Origin: Candidatus Amesbacteria bacterium
GTDB taxonomy: Bacteria; Patescibacteriota; Microgenomatia; CAZETR01; Amesbacteraceae
Reading direction: 5' to 3'
Assembly (NCBI GenBank): GCA_963736875.1
Contig: CAVTQH010000002.1
Span: forward strand, 5,294-69,293
Length of the DNA: 64,000 bases
Shown: positions 11,130 to 19,740 of the stretch, piece by piece
How positions within the stretch are numbered: the first letter of the stretch is position 1
Layout of the letters: each line of letters begins with the position of its first letter
Translations under genes and position numbers: made by a program
Notes under the pieces: generated by a model
What the model was told of the DNA's origin: nothing
What the model saw: only the letters and a program-made list of their open reading frames with translations
The model's database searches: none

Positions 11130-11870
11130 TTATGAAACCGCTTTTATGGCAGAGTAAGTAATACTTTCTGAATACCCTTCCAGAAATCCGGGAGTTTCTT
11201 TATGAATATCCATATCCTTAAATCCGGCCTGTTTTATCAGACTTAGATACTCATCTTTCATAATTGCCCCGCTTACACAGGCAGACAGCATCTCTTCATT
11301 ATTTCTGATTTCCTCCGGCAGGGGTTTGGTTAATACTGTATCCGAAACCATCATCCTTCCCCCCGGCTTCAACACCCGGTAAATCTCTGCGAACACTTTT
11401 TTCTTATCCGGAGCCAAGTTAATCACGCAGTTGGAAATCACCACATCTGCTGAATTATCAGGAAGCGGCAAGTCTTCTATGTCTCCCTGCTTAAACTCCA
11501 CATTTGTAAATCCTGCCTTTTTGGCATTTTCGCGGGCTTTAGCGAGCATTTCATCAGTCATATCGATGCCGATTACCTTTCCTTTTTTGCCAACTCTCGG
11601 TGAAGCTAGGAAAGCATCAAATCCTGCCCCCGACCCCAAATCCACTACTACTTCCCCTTCTTTTAGTGAAGCGATGGCCACCGGATTTCCGCAGCCCAAT
11701 CCCATATTCGCCCCAACCGGAGCATTTTCTATTTCTTCCTGGCTGTAACCGATCTGTTTAGTCTGTCTTTGGATAGCTTGGTTTGAGCAACTGCAATTAC
11801 ATCCGCAGCCTCCCGCAGCTTTGGCTATTTCCGCATATGATTTCTTTACAACTTCTTTTATCTGTTTCAT
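11130..11870 (-). CDS. arsM: Arsenite S-adenosylmethionine methyltransferase
   Basis: [25 protein letters not shown] and ACVSGA motifs with N-terminal Cys cluster. Start placed at MKQIKEVV (11870), downstream of a TATAAT. Confidence 0.88.
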   Translation of the reverse strand: MKQIKEVVKKSYAEIAKAAGGCGCNCSCSNQAIQRQTKQIGYSQEEIENAPVGANMGLGCGNPVAIASLKEGEVVVDLGSGAGFDAFLASPRVGKKGKVIGIDMTDEMLAKARENAKKAGFTNVEFKQGDIEDLPLPDNSADVVISNCVINLAPDKKKVFAEIYRVLKPGGRMMVSDTVLTKPLPEEIRNNEEMLSACVSGAIMKDEYLSLIKQAGFKDMDIHKETPGFLEGYSESITYSAIKAVS

Positions 11871-12036
11871 CTCTGGCGAAACTATTATACATACAACCCC
11901 CTTAACCCGAATCATCAATCAAGATATATTTTGGAGCTCCATGGGTATCAAAATTAGTCTCAGCTTGCGCTGGTTGATAAAGATCGTACGAATTTATATG
12001 GATAACTTTATAAGTTATACTTGATCTACAGCTGTT

Positions 12037-13938
12037 ATGAAAAGCCGTCTTCTGCGCAATATTTTTATAGTCATTGTATTAACTCTCTCGGTTTCCGCCG
12101 GTGTATTCCTGGTCGGCCAGAAGACAAATTGGTTTGGTCTGGCTGCGGGGATTAATTTGGCAGTTAACCCGGACCAATGCCGTCAGGGTAAGGTATCTAC
12201 CGCTCCCCAAATCTGGGTTCAATGCACCACCCAACCGGCAAATTTAGGCTGGGTAAATGGTAATGCCGGAAGCAGTAATTCCCATTATCTCGAAGGTGAA
12301 TCCATAAGTTACCGGATAAACGTAAATGGTACAGGTATGTCCGGCCACAAAATCAGGTTAATAATAGGTTATGAAACCACTAAAAGTTCCAGGCGGGCGA
12401 TAGACTATCTTACCTCAAATAACCGTTGGCAGACGCCGGAAACAAATTCCTCGGCTTTTCCTGATCTTCCCTGTAATGGTATTTCCGGTTGTTTCGACCC
12501 GCCTGTTTTAACAACGATACCTCCTCCACCGGGTAATATCAGTGTTGATCCCTCTAAAAGCACCACCAATTCAAACACTCTCGCTCCCTGTATTGGAGGG
12601 TCCGGAATTCTGCAACCGGCAACCAGCTTTAATACTCTGCCTCCGGATGAAAGGAAAATGGCTTTTTATGGCATTGGCGGAACTCCGTCTTTGTCCTATT
12701 ACGGTCCGTCTACAGACTGGTCAAAAACTTTCGACCAGACTCAAAAAATGCAGATTGAATTCTTAGCAAACACAGATGTGGTCGTACTTGCCTTTGGAGG
12801 ACATATTGCTAATCGTTTGGATTGGGGATGCGCTAACGGAGCACAGTCGGCAGGAGGTATTTCCGGTTCACCTTATCATTTACACACTTACGAACTGGCA
12901 ATAGATGCCAATAATAATGGTTCATTCGACGATGCCGGTGAGACCCAGTCCATCGGCAATCAGGATCTGCAGCTTTCCGCTGACGCGGTTGTGGTAATTC
13001 CGGAACCTACACCTGTACCGACTTTGCCCGCAGAACCAACTCCCACAGTAACCAATACCCCTGGCCCTACCCCGACACCCACAAGGACTCCTACACCAAC
13101 CCAAACTCCTTCCCCTACCCCCACTCCGACACCACTTCCGGGTTCCACTCCGGTACCCACCACCACTCCCGTCCCTACTTCCACCCCTACTTCTACTCCC
13201 ACACCAACCCGAACTCCTACTCCTACACCAACTCAGACTCCCACCCCGACACCAACCCCGACTCCTACCCCCAGTCCCCGTCCGCCCGATGCCGCCGCTC
13301 CGCCCAACCGGTGCAACGGTTCATGCACAACAGACACCAATTGTGATTATGGTGAAGACGGCACCAAACTGATTTGTGTAAACCGTCTCTGCCGTCATCC
13401 TTCATGCTCGGATCAGGAGTCCTGCCACTGTCCTCCGGGCTGGCCCGCCACCACCCCGCTCCCGACCCCGGTACCGGTTGCTTCTACCGTCACCGGCTGT
13501 ATCGGCGACCGTATATTAAACGACATTAATAGAAATGGAATACAGGATCAGGGCGAAACCGGCCTGGGCGGAATCAAAGTGGAATGCTATTCTGCCGACA
13601 ATAAACTGGTGTCTTCCGCCGTAACCGATAGCCGCGGTTACTACAAGATCTGCGGCTTAACCCCCGGGGATTACACCGTCAAATTCAATTTACCTGCCGG
13701 CTACACCTTTAGCCCTGCGCTTTCCGGAACTGACCGTACATTAGATTCCGACCCTTCCCCCTCTACCTCAATTACAACCCGCGTCCAGGTTTTAGGCGGC
13801 TCCACCGTCTTGGACATTGACGCTTTAGCTTACCGGGAAGCGGAAACCACTCTTCCCTCCTCCGGCACAGTCTGGCCGACTTTATTGGTAGTATTTTCAG
13901 GCTTGCTGCTTATCCTTTTAGGGCTTGTCCTTATCTAA
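12037..13938 (+). CDS. Secreted or surface protein with a Pro/Thr linker, a Cys-rich module, an SdrD B-like domain and a C-terminal LPxxG plus TM anchor
   Basis: (PT)n tract at about 13000-13275; [24 protein letters not shown] SdrD_B signature; LPSSG followed by a hydrophobic helix. Confidence 0.8.
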   Translation: MKSRLLRNIFIVIVLTLSVSAGVFLVGQKTNWFGLAAGINLAVNPDQCRQGKVSTAPQIWVQCTTQPANLGWVNGNAGSSNSHYLEGESISYRINVNGTGMSGHKIRLIIGYETTKSSRRAIDYLTSNNRWQTPETNSSAFPDLPCNGISGCFDPPVLTTIPPPPGNISVDPSKSTTNSNTLAPCIGGSGILQPATSFNTLPPDERKMAFYGIGGTPSLSYYGPSTDWSKTFDQTQKMQIEFLANTDVVVLAFGGHIANRLDWGCANGAQSAGGISGSPYHLHTYELAIDANNNGSFDDAGETQSIGNQDLQLSADAVVVIPEPTPVPTLPAEPTPTVTNTPGPTPTPTRTPTPTQTPSPTPTPTPLPGSTPVPTTTPVPTSTPTSTPTPTRTPTPTPTQTPTPTPTPTPTPSPRPPDAAAPPNRCNGSCTTDTNCDYGEDGTKLICVNRLCRHPSCSDQESCHCPPGWPATTPLPTPVPVASTVTGCIGDRILNDINRNGIQDQGETGLGGIKVECYSADNKLVSSAVTDSRGYYKICGLTPGDYTVKFNLPAGYTFSPALSGTDRTLDSDPSPSTSITTRVQVLGGSTVLDIDALAYREAETTLPSSGTVWPTLLVVFSGLLLILLGLVLI

Positions 13939-13972
13939 CTATATACTTGATACAGTTATTCCAGGCTAATAG

Positions 13973-14002
13973 TTTGCTCGCCCAAATGGACAGATTTCGA
14001 AC
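13973..14002 (-). repeat. tRNA-Asn-3'-like att/cassette site
   Basis: + strand TTTGCTCGCCCAAATGGACAGATTTCGAAC; 29/30 identical to 14601-14630. Confidence 0.85.
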
Positions 14003-14036
14003 TGTAGCTCCACCCGACAGACAAAGACAAAACTTA

Positions 14037-14345
14037 CTACATACCCCGACGTTTATTTAGCATATGTTGCACGGAAGGGCTTATCGGCTTATCCGTGCGA
14101 TGAATACAGCCCAGCCAGCAACACGGCCGGCGTATCCCTTCCTTGAGTTCACTGGTCGTCCTTTCAACATGCTCCTTTCTCGTCTCATCTTTCTTGACGA
14201 AGGTAATCCAGCAAATCCACTCATTGCGTGCAAGAGGTGTAAGATCCTCCCACACTGCTAGTGCCTTGGGGTCAGAAGTCAATGCTTCCCGTAAATCCGC
14301 CGGAACTTTGTGTACTACACCACTGGAAATTGCCTTATTAACCAT
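14037..14345 (-). CDS. YdeI/OmpD-associated family protein
   Basis: VPADLREAL...WEDLTPLARNEWICWI..VKKDETR..H. Confidence 0.85.
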   Translation of the reverse strand: MVNKAISSGVVHKVPADLREALTSDPKALAVWEDLTPLARNEWICWITFVKKDETRKEHVERTTSELKEGIRRPCCWLGCIHRTDKPISPSVQHMLNKRRGM

Positions 14346-14376
14346 AGGATTATTTTATCAAATGAGGCTAGAATGT

Positions 14377-14406
14377 AGCGTTCGCTGGATTCTCCAGATT
14401 TCGAAC
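14377..14406 (-). repeat. Degenerate tRNA-Asn-3'-like site
   Basis: AGCGTTCGCTGGATTCTCCAGATTTCGAAC aligns without gaps to 14601-14630, including an identical CAGATTTCGAAC. Confidence 0.7.
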
Positions 14407-14440
14407 TTACCACCCCTGACAGAAAATACGAGAACCTGCT

Positions 14441-14584
14441 CTATTTCTTCTTTTGCGGGATAAAGTGAATAAACCAGAGGAACCAAAGTAACCAAAGTAG
14501 ATCTTTCCAATCTTGAGTAACAATACCTGGAATACCCAAGAAGCCAAGAAATCCCAAAAAACCCAGCATCCACTTATTTCTCAT
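14441..14584 (-). CDS. 47-aa membrane protein (DUF3796-like), not in the ORF track
   Basis: Manual translation MRNKWMLGFLGFLGFLGIPGIVTQDWKDLLWLLWFLWFIHFIPQKKK*; TATGAT 6 nt upstream. Confidence 0.65.
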   Translation of the reverse strand: MRNKWMLGFLGFLGFLGIPGIVTQDWKDLLWLLWFLWFIHFIPQKKK

Positions 14585-14600
14585 ATTTTTATCATACCAC

Positions 14601-14630
14601 TTTGCTCGCTCAAATGGACAGATTTCGAAC
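14601..14630 (-). repeat. tRNA-Asn-3'-like att/cassette site
   Basis: TTTGCTCGCTCAAATGGACAGATTTCGAAC versus tRNA antisense TTTGCTCCCCCGCAGGGA-----TTCGAAC. Confidence 0.85.
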
Positions 14631-14651
14631 CTTTGACTTGTTACAGGTCTT

Positions 14652-15167
14652 TCAGGTTACTATTTCTGTCGTACTTAATTCTTCAAGTTTGGCAAGCAGT
14701 TCCTCTTTTGTATAGCTGGAGGTACCTATTTGCTTGTTTTCAAAAACTCTCAGACCCTCAATGATTCTCCTGGACATAAATTGCTTCACTAGTTCTCAAA
14801 TTTCTGATTTTTATTTCATTTTCCTCAAAGGTTTTTGATATTATCACCAGCTGTGCATACAGAAGATGTCCGTGTTAATAAAGATGTTGGAAATATCTTT
14901 AATATCAACACTATGCACTTCAGATGAAAGCAGGTGTCGGTTTATTATAGTTATTCTTCCCTCTTCTACATTAATGATGTCAGGAAAAAAATCAAAAGGA
15001 AGTGCATGGGAGGATATACTCACCAGTATTCTGTTGGATCTTTTAACCAAACTGGCAACTGTTCTGTCGTCCTGCCTTTGTTGTTTATTAGCCGTTTGAG
15101 TCTCCTGTTCAATTTTACTTGCCAGGGAAGTGTGACTTTCCTCCTTTTTATCGAGTAAGTCATCCAC
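14652..15167 (-). CDS. PH-like domain hypothetical protein, frameshifted near 14860
   Basis: ORF 14844..15167 continues in another frame (QLVIISKTFEENEIKI...EELSTTEIVT*) to a stop at 14652. Confidence 0.55.
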
Positions 15168-15224
15168 TTCACTGCTGCGTATACAGCTTCTCCGGCCAAA
15201 CGTTAACGCTCCCCTTTTGGTCTT

Positions 15225-15368
15225 TCATTTTATTATGCCTAAACCCAGAATCCCGACAATAATCAGGTAAACAGCTATCAGATAGTTAAGAAATTTCGGG
15301 AATATCAGGATTAATATCCCGAAGATCAATGAAGCCAAAGGGCTTAAACTTGTAGTTGAAAAATTCAT
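15225..15368 (-). CDS. DUF3096 small membrane protein
   Basis: Manual translation MNFSTTSLSPLASLIFGILILIFPKFLNYLIAVYLIIVGILGLGIIK*; strong SD AAGGAGGTGA upstream. Confidence 0.8.
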   Translation of the reverse strand: MNFSTTSLSPLASLIFGILILIFPKFLNYLIAVYLIIVGILGLGIIK

Positions 15369-15398
15369 GTGTTATCACCTCCTTAAAAAACAGCGGCG

Positions 15399-15545
15399 TT
15401 ATATCCTGATACCCAAAAGACGGGCAATCAGGATAATAGCTGCAATAACCAGCAGTAAATGGATTAATCCCCCACCAATTTTGAGAGAAAATCCTCCCAA
15501 CCAGGCAATAATTAATACAACAATTATGATGTCTAATAAACTCAT
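15399..15545 (-). CDS. lmo0937-family (DUF5670) small membrane protein
   Basis: Manual translation MSLLDIIIVVLIIAWLGGFSLKIGGGLIHLLLVIAAIILIARLLGIRI*. Confidence 0.8.
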   Translation of the reverse strand: MSLLDIIIVVLIIAWLGGFSLKIGGGLIHLLLVIAAIILIARLLGIRI

Positions 15546-15590
15546 ATTCTTCACCCTCTTTCTTTATACCCTCCGGCCAAACACGGCAAA

Positions 15591-15989
15591 CTAACCTGAT
15601 TGCTGCTTTTCACCGGAGAATATTCGTAATAGCTTAACAATCCCCCAACCCAATACTGCGTACACAATAATTGCTACCAGTGTTGACGGCTCAAGGACCG
15701 AAGTTGTTTCAATTCCCTGGGTAAATCCCCTCCGGAATATTCCTTCAAAAGGTAAGATAAAAACTCCTGTTAAGCCATAGATTAGCCCTACAAAGCTGCT
15801 GGCAACGCTCGCTCCCGTCAGCTTAAGTACCAGACGGAAAGCCAGAAGTATTTCCAGCACCCCAAGCAAAAAATAGACTAAATATTCAATCGTTTGGGTA
15901 CTGGTGGCCGGCCTTTCGGTTTTAGTGGTTACCGTGGCTTTCGGACCTTCGTTTTGAGTTGTTACAGCTTCTTTTACAATTTCTGCCAT
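15591..15989 (-). CDS. YggT-like membrane protein
   Basis: LGVLEILLAFRLVLKLTGA...FVGLIYGLTGVFILPF.GIF...E.STLVAIIVY. Confidence 0.75.
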   Translation of the reverse strand: MAEIVKEAVTTQNEGPKATVTTKTERPATSTQTIEYLVYFLLGVLEILLAFRLVLKLTGASVASSFVGLIYGLTGVFILPFEGIFRRGFTQGIETTSVLEPSTLVAIIVYAVLGWGIVKLLRIFSGEKQQSG

Positions 15990-16005
15990 ATTTATTCACT
16001 TCCTC

Positions 16006-16174
16006 TCAAATTTCTACTTTCCTAATAATTGTTTCTTTGGGTAAATACTTAATTAAAGCCCTTTCTACCAAGGTGGTTAAACTGAGTCCCTCAACTACTG
16101 CTTGCGCTCTTTGCTTGTATGGAAATAGCCGGGTTGATAAAAAGCGTTAATCGTTGTTTACCAATGGTTGTCAT
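16006..16174 (-). CDS. Small ribbon-helix-helix-like regulator with a one-base frameshift
   Basis: MTTIGKQRLTLFINPAISIQA / RAQAVVEGLSLTTLVERALIKYLPKETIIRKVEI* after removing one base; span is 169 nt. Confidence 0.6.
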
Positions 16175-16181
16175 ACTACAT

Positions 16182-16210
16182 ATAGTATAACTAGTTATAG
16201 TATTTGTCAA
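16182..16210 (-). promoter_or_regulatory. Sigma70 promoter with a palindromic operator upstream of the RHH-like gene
   Basis: Minus strand TTGACA-17 nt-TACTAT-7 nt-ATG; perfect palindrome TATAACTAGTTATA at 16186-16199. Confidence 0.7.
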
Positions 16211-16224
16211 GTTACAATTCTGAG

Positions 16225-16258
16225 CTGCTCCCCATAGAGCTAGGAGGGATTACCGAAC
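16225..16258 (-). repeat. Degenerate tRNA-Asn-3'-like site with a longer spacer
   Basis: CTGCTCCCC...GATTACCGAAC shares TGCTCCCC with the tRNA and GATTACCGAA with the 17202 site. Confidence 0.55.
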
Positions 16259-16293
16259 ATCCAAACTTGTCTTTAATGTAATATAATCAGACT

Positions 16294-16638
16294 GTGCTTG
16301 TTATCATTTTTCTGCTAATTTTTGGTTCCGGAGTGGCTTACCTGGCTCTTCAAAACACATCACACGTAACTTTTACCGTTTTCAGCTACACTTTCTCAGA
16401 TGTGCCATTGTTTTCTGTAATAATCGGCTCCGTATTGGTGGGAGCTCTGATGGTTTATATAATCCATTTGATAAATTCAATCTCCACGGCTTTTACAATT
16501 CATGGCAAGAATAAAAAAATTAAGGAATCGGAAAAAAATGTGACAGAACTGACAAAAAATGTCCACCAGTTGGAACTGGAAAATGAAGCCTTAAAAAAAG
16601 GCGATCCGTCAGCCGCTACTGACGACAAATCTTTGTGA
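16294..16638 (+). CDS. LapA/DUF1049-family membrane protein with a coiled coil
   Basis: ALQNTSHVTF...VPLFSVIIGSVLVG; TATAAT 6 nt upstream of the GTG. Confidence 0.8.
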   Translation: MLVIIFLLIFGSGVAYLALQNTSHVTFTVFSYTFSDVPLFSVIIGSVLVGALMVYIIHLINSISTAFTIHGKNKKIKESEKNVTELTKNVHQLELENEALKKGDPSAATDDKSL

Positions 16639-17186
16639 AACCAATCCTTGCCAAACTCTGGCGATTTCTGCGCCTTCCCAAGAACTTTCAGCTTCTGATT
16701 ATGCGCCTCATCCAAGATCAGTTTCTTATCGGCGTTACAGGAATAATTTTTAATGATAAACAGGAAATATTGGTGTTTAAACATTCCTATCGGCAAACTG
16801 TCTGGAGTCTGCCGGGAGGATATCTTAAATCCAAAGAGCACCCCCAAGAAGGTCTGGAAAGAGAGATCGATGAAGAATCGGGGTTAGTAGTGAGTGTAGA
16901 CCAACAGTTAAAAACCCGTACTGATAGAGATTCTGCCAGATTGGATATGTGCTACATTGGCAAATTTATCGGTGGCAAGTTTACTCCAAGTCACGAGGTC
17001 ACTGAACATGGGTTTTTCTCCTTTGACAACCTCCCTTTAATTCCGAAAAATCAACTTTACTTAATTGAGTTGGCTATTAACCAAAAAAACAACTTGGCGG
17101 AGAAAACCACTTATACGGTGGATAGACCAAATTCTTTTATTTCCAGACTAAAATTTCTAATTGGCACGGGGTCAAGTAAGAAATAA
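16635..17186 (+). CDS. NUDIX hydrolase
   Basis: WSLPGGYLKSKEHPQEGLEREIDEESGL Nudix box. Confidence 0.9.
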   Translation: MKPILAKLWRFLRLPKNFQLLIMRLIQDQFLIGVTGIIFNDKQEILVFKHSYRQTVWSLPGGYLKSKEHPQEGLEREIDEESGLVVSVDQQLKTRTDRDSARLDMCYIGKFIGGKFTPSHEVTEHGFFSFDNLPLIPKNQLYLIELAINQKNNLAEKTTYTVDRPNSFISRLKFLIGTGSSKK

Positions 17187-17201
17187 TAGGTCTCTGTGTT
17201 A

Positions 17202-17231
17202 TTGGCTCGCCGGATGGGACGATTACCGAAA
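17202..17231 (-). repeat. tRNA-Asn-3'-like att/cassette site
   Basis: TTGGCTCGCCGGATGGGACGATTACCGAAA has the same GCTC-N9-GA-N5-xxCGAA spacing as the 13973 and 14601 sites. Confidence 0.75.
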
Positions 17232-17332
17232 AGCTGACTGGCTAACAATCATTGACCGCCCCGATTCCCTACTCCAACAAACCAGACCACTTCTATCCAT
17301 CTAGCCCCATCAATACTTCGAATGATTTATGT

Positions 17333-17797
17333 CTAGCTTCCTTTTCCCGATAATCGTCTGAAAAATTTCCCTATAGAACCATTACTTTTAAGTTTATTAT
17401 GTGAACCTTCAGGGTCAAAGCCCACACTCATAAGTTCCACCCCCGAATCTTCAAAACCTGACACATAAACTAAAATCTCCGTTTGCAGCTCCGAAATCCT
17501 GGCCAATATTGTACCTTCCATCTCTTCCCGTCTTCTTCCCCTAGCCTCATCTTGCACCACCCCCAACATACCCATAGGCAATAATACCCCAATACACTTA
17601 CTTAAAATTTCATTATCTTCTGGATCTATTCTTTGAGCAGAATCTTTTGTAATTAATCCTGGTAAGTCCGTCGCAGGTAAAGCGTATTTTATTCTTACCT
17701 GGTCAACAATACCTCTAATCTCCGCCAGTCGTTTATCTACCTCCCCTATACTTAATTCTTCCCCATATTCCAATGTTTTTGGTCCCTTTTCTGCCAT
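17333..17797 (-). CDS. Hypothetical protein, first cassette downstream of tRNA-Asn
   Basis: 154-aa ORF with TATAAT 6 nt upstream; no recognisable motif. Confidence 0.6.
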   Translation of the reverse strand: MAEKGPKTLEYGEELSIGEVDKRLAEIRGIVDQVRIKYALPATDLPGLITKDSAQRIDPEDNEILSKCIGVLLPMGMLGVVQDEARGRRREEMEGTILARISELQTEILVYVSGFEDSGVELMSVGFDPEGSHNKLKSNGSIGKFFRRLSGKGS

Positions 17798-17847
17798 GAC
17801 GGAATTATAAACTAAAAGTTCAAAAGTTTCAACTATAGGCCTATTTG

Positions 17848-18120
17848 CTCCCCCGCAGGGATTCGAACCCCGAACCTTGTCGTTACAGAAATCCTCTTGT
17901 TACCAAAAGGTCTGGACTATCTCATGTCCGACGCAAATCGGACCCAGGTATATAGTCTCTACACATTTAGCCCAATTCACATCGGACATTTAGCTCGGGA
18001 TTTTCCTTCGAAGTTTGAGTCAAGAAGGGGTTCCCCGAATTAGCCTGGTTTTTCAATCCCGATTGCTCGGGAAAGCTGCCTCTCCGACAGCGACCTGCTC
18101 TACCGTTGAGCTACAGGGGA
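17848..18120 (-). tRNA. tRNA-Asn(GTT) interrupted in the anticodon; exons 18087-18120 and 17848-17885
   Basis: 5' exon TCCCCTGTAGCTCAACGGTAGAGCAGGTCGCTGT and 3' exon TAACGACAAGGTTCGGGGTTCGAATCCCTGCGGGGGAG join into a cloverleaf with loop CT-GTT-AA. Confidence 0.92.
17886..18086 (-). ncRNA. Group I self-splicing intron (201 nt, no ORF)
   Basis: P1: exon GCTGT pairs with intron GGCAGC, with a U-G wobble at the 5' splice site. P-like AATTCGGGGAA, Q-like AATCCCGAGC, R GTAGAGACTATA, S GATAGTCC, terminal G. Confidence 0.88.
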
Positions 18121-18173
18121 ATGTTAATGAACCTACACATTATAAAACAGATGATCCTGAAACGGGAGTACTT

Positions 18174-18533
18174 CTACCTTCTCTCCAGCGATTCCAAAAA
18201 CCAATTCACGAGCCACAAAACCACCGAAAACAGAAAAGCTGACCAAAAAGACACTATGTCAAATCCCGGCACAATCGCAGCTGTCAGAAGCACCATTAAC
18301 GTATTTATCACCAGGGTAAACAATCCCAGGGTCAGAATATTAATGGGAATTGTTAATAAAAGTAATATCGGCCTCAAAACACTGTTCAGTATCCCCAAAA
18401 CTATGGCTACCGCCACCGCGCTCCATACCCCGGACATCTCCACCCCGGGCACTACATACGCAGCTATCCCTACCGCTACCACTCTGATAATTAACTTTGT
18501 CAGTCCGCCCATATACTGGAGGCTATTGTACAT
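18174..18533 (-). CDS. Phage_holin_4_2/YvlD-family membrane protein
   Basis: [32 protein letters not shown] signature; start may be 18512. Confidence 0.85.
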   Translation of the reverse strand: MYNSLQYMGGLTKLIIRVVAVGIAAYVVPGVEMSGVWSAVAVAIVLGILNSVLRPILLLLTIPINILTLGLFTLVINTLMVLLTAAIVPGFDIVSFWSAFLFSVVLWLVNWFLESLERR

Positions 18534-18562
18534 TTTACCTTCTCCATTGTAAATTTATCCTC

Positions 18563-19545
18563 ATGCGCATCCTGGTTACCGGCGGTGCCGGTTATATCGG
18601 TTCCCACATGACCCGCCTGCTGGTAAAGACAGGCCACACCCCGGTTGTTTTGGATAGTCTGGAATTCGGTCACAGGCAGGCTCTCCTCTCCTTCTGTAAT
18701 ACTCTATGTCTGGTAATGTCGGCGACAAAAAAATATTAAACCGGGTGTTTCAAAATAAAATTGACGCTGTCATCCACTTTGCCGGGTATATTTCCGTTCC
18801 CGAATCGGTCGCGGATCCGGCCAAATATTTCACTAATAATTTGGTCAAACCCCTCTCCTTACTTGAATCCATGACCAGCCACAGCGTTAAATATTTGATT
18901 TTTTCCTCTACAGCCGCCGTTTACGGCCAGCCGGAAACTGTTCCCATTCCGGAAAATCACCCCAAAAATCCTACGAGCCCTTATGGCTTGTCGAAGCTTT
19001 GTTTCGAGCAGCTTCTTGGTTACTATGACCGTCAGTTTGGCCTTAAATCAATCTCCCTGCGCTATTTCAACGCCTGCGGGGCCAGCCCCGACGGCCGGTT
19101 TGGTGAAGACCATTCACCGGAAGGCCATATCATCCCCAATGCTATTAAAGCCGCAGTAAACAAAAATCCTTTCACTCTGTTTGGTACCGATTTTCCGACT
19201 CCCGACGGCACTTGTATCCGCGATTATATTCACATAGAAGATCTCTGTTCCGCCCACCAGCTTGCTATGGACGCTTTAAAAAACGGGCACAAAACCGACG
19301 TTTTTAATGCCGGTACCGGCACCGGCCATTCCAATAAAGAAATTGTCAAAGCGATTCAGAAGGTTGCCGGTGATTTCCCGGTCAAACTTGCCCCCCGCCG
19401 TCCCGGAGACTCGGCCGAGCTGATTGCCGATTCCGCCCGTCTTTCTAAAGAACTGGGTTGGAAACCCCAATCCTCTGATATCAATACCATCATCAAATCC
19501 GCTTACAAGTGGCACTCCTCTCACCCGAAAGGTTACTCCGGCTGA
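18563..19545 (+). CDS. galE: UDP-glucose 4-epimerase, frameshifted near 18690
   Basis: [15 protein letters not shown] starts at 18563; [22 protein letters not shown] and [10 protein letters not shown] are in ORF 18706..19545. Confidence 0.9.
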
Positions 19546-19739
19546 TCGTTCGCTTTGTTTATCTCTCCCTTTACTTTAACCAAAAACTTTTCATCATTCT
19601 TAATTACCCGTCCCGCCACTTCCTTCACTGAATCAGCTGCTTCAAGCATCTCCTCCGTAGTCGCTGCACTTTTCAAACTCAGAATATTCTGTCGATGTTC
19701 TTCGGCTCTTTTTTCACCGGGTGTCAGATTCTCAGCCAT
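19533..19739 (-). CDS. Small hypothetical protein directly downstream of rpoD
   Basis: 68-aa charged ORF starting 1 nt after the rpoD stop. Confidence 0.55.
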   Translation of the reverse strand: MAENLTPGEKRAEEHRQNILSLKSAATTEEMLEAADSVKEVAGRVIKNDEKFLVKVKGEINKANDQPE

Positions 19740-19740
19740 G

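Noticed and set aside
13000-13275. C-rich tract as a DNA-level repeat element or G-quadruplex switch
   Set aside because: It is explained by (Pro-Thr)n coding with varied third positions. The same applies to the Pro-rich tracts at about 46720-46770 and 55460-55830.
13973-17231. The 30-bp repeats as a CRISPR array
   Set aside because: Spacing is irregular (0.2-2 kb), the intervals contain whole genes, the repeats are degenerate and no cas genes are present.
10631-17231. Classical integron attC sites
   Set aside because: I see no RYYYAAC...GTTRRRY inverted-repeat hairpins and no intI. The sites resemble the tRNA 3' end instead.
18174-18533. Holin as evidence of a prophage
   Set aside because: This family is common in non-phage contexts, and no capsid, terminase, portal or integrase genes are nearby.
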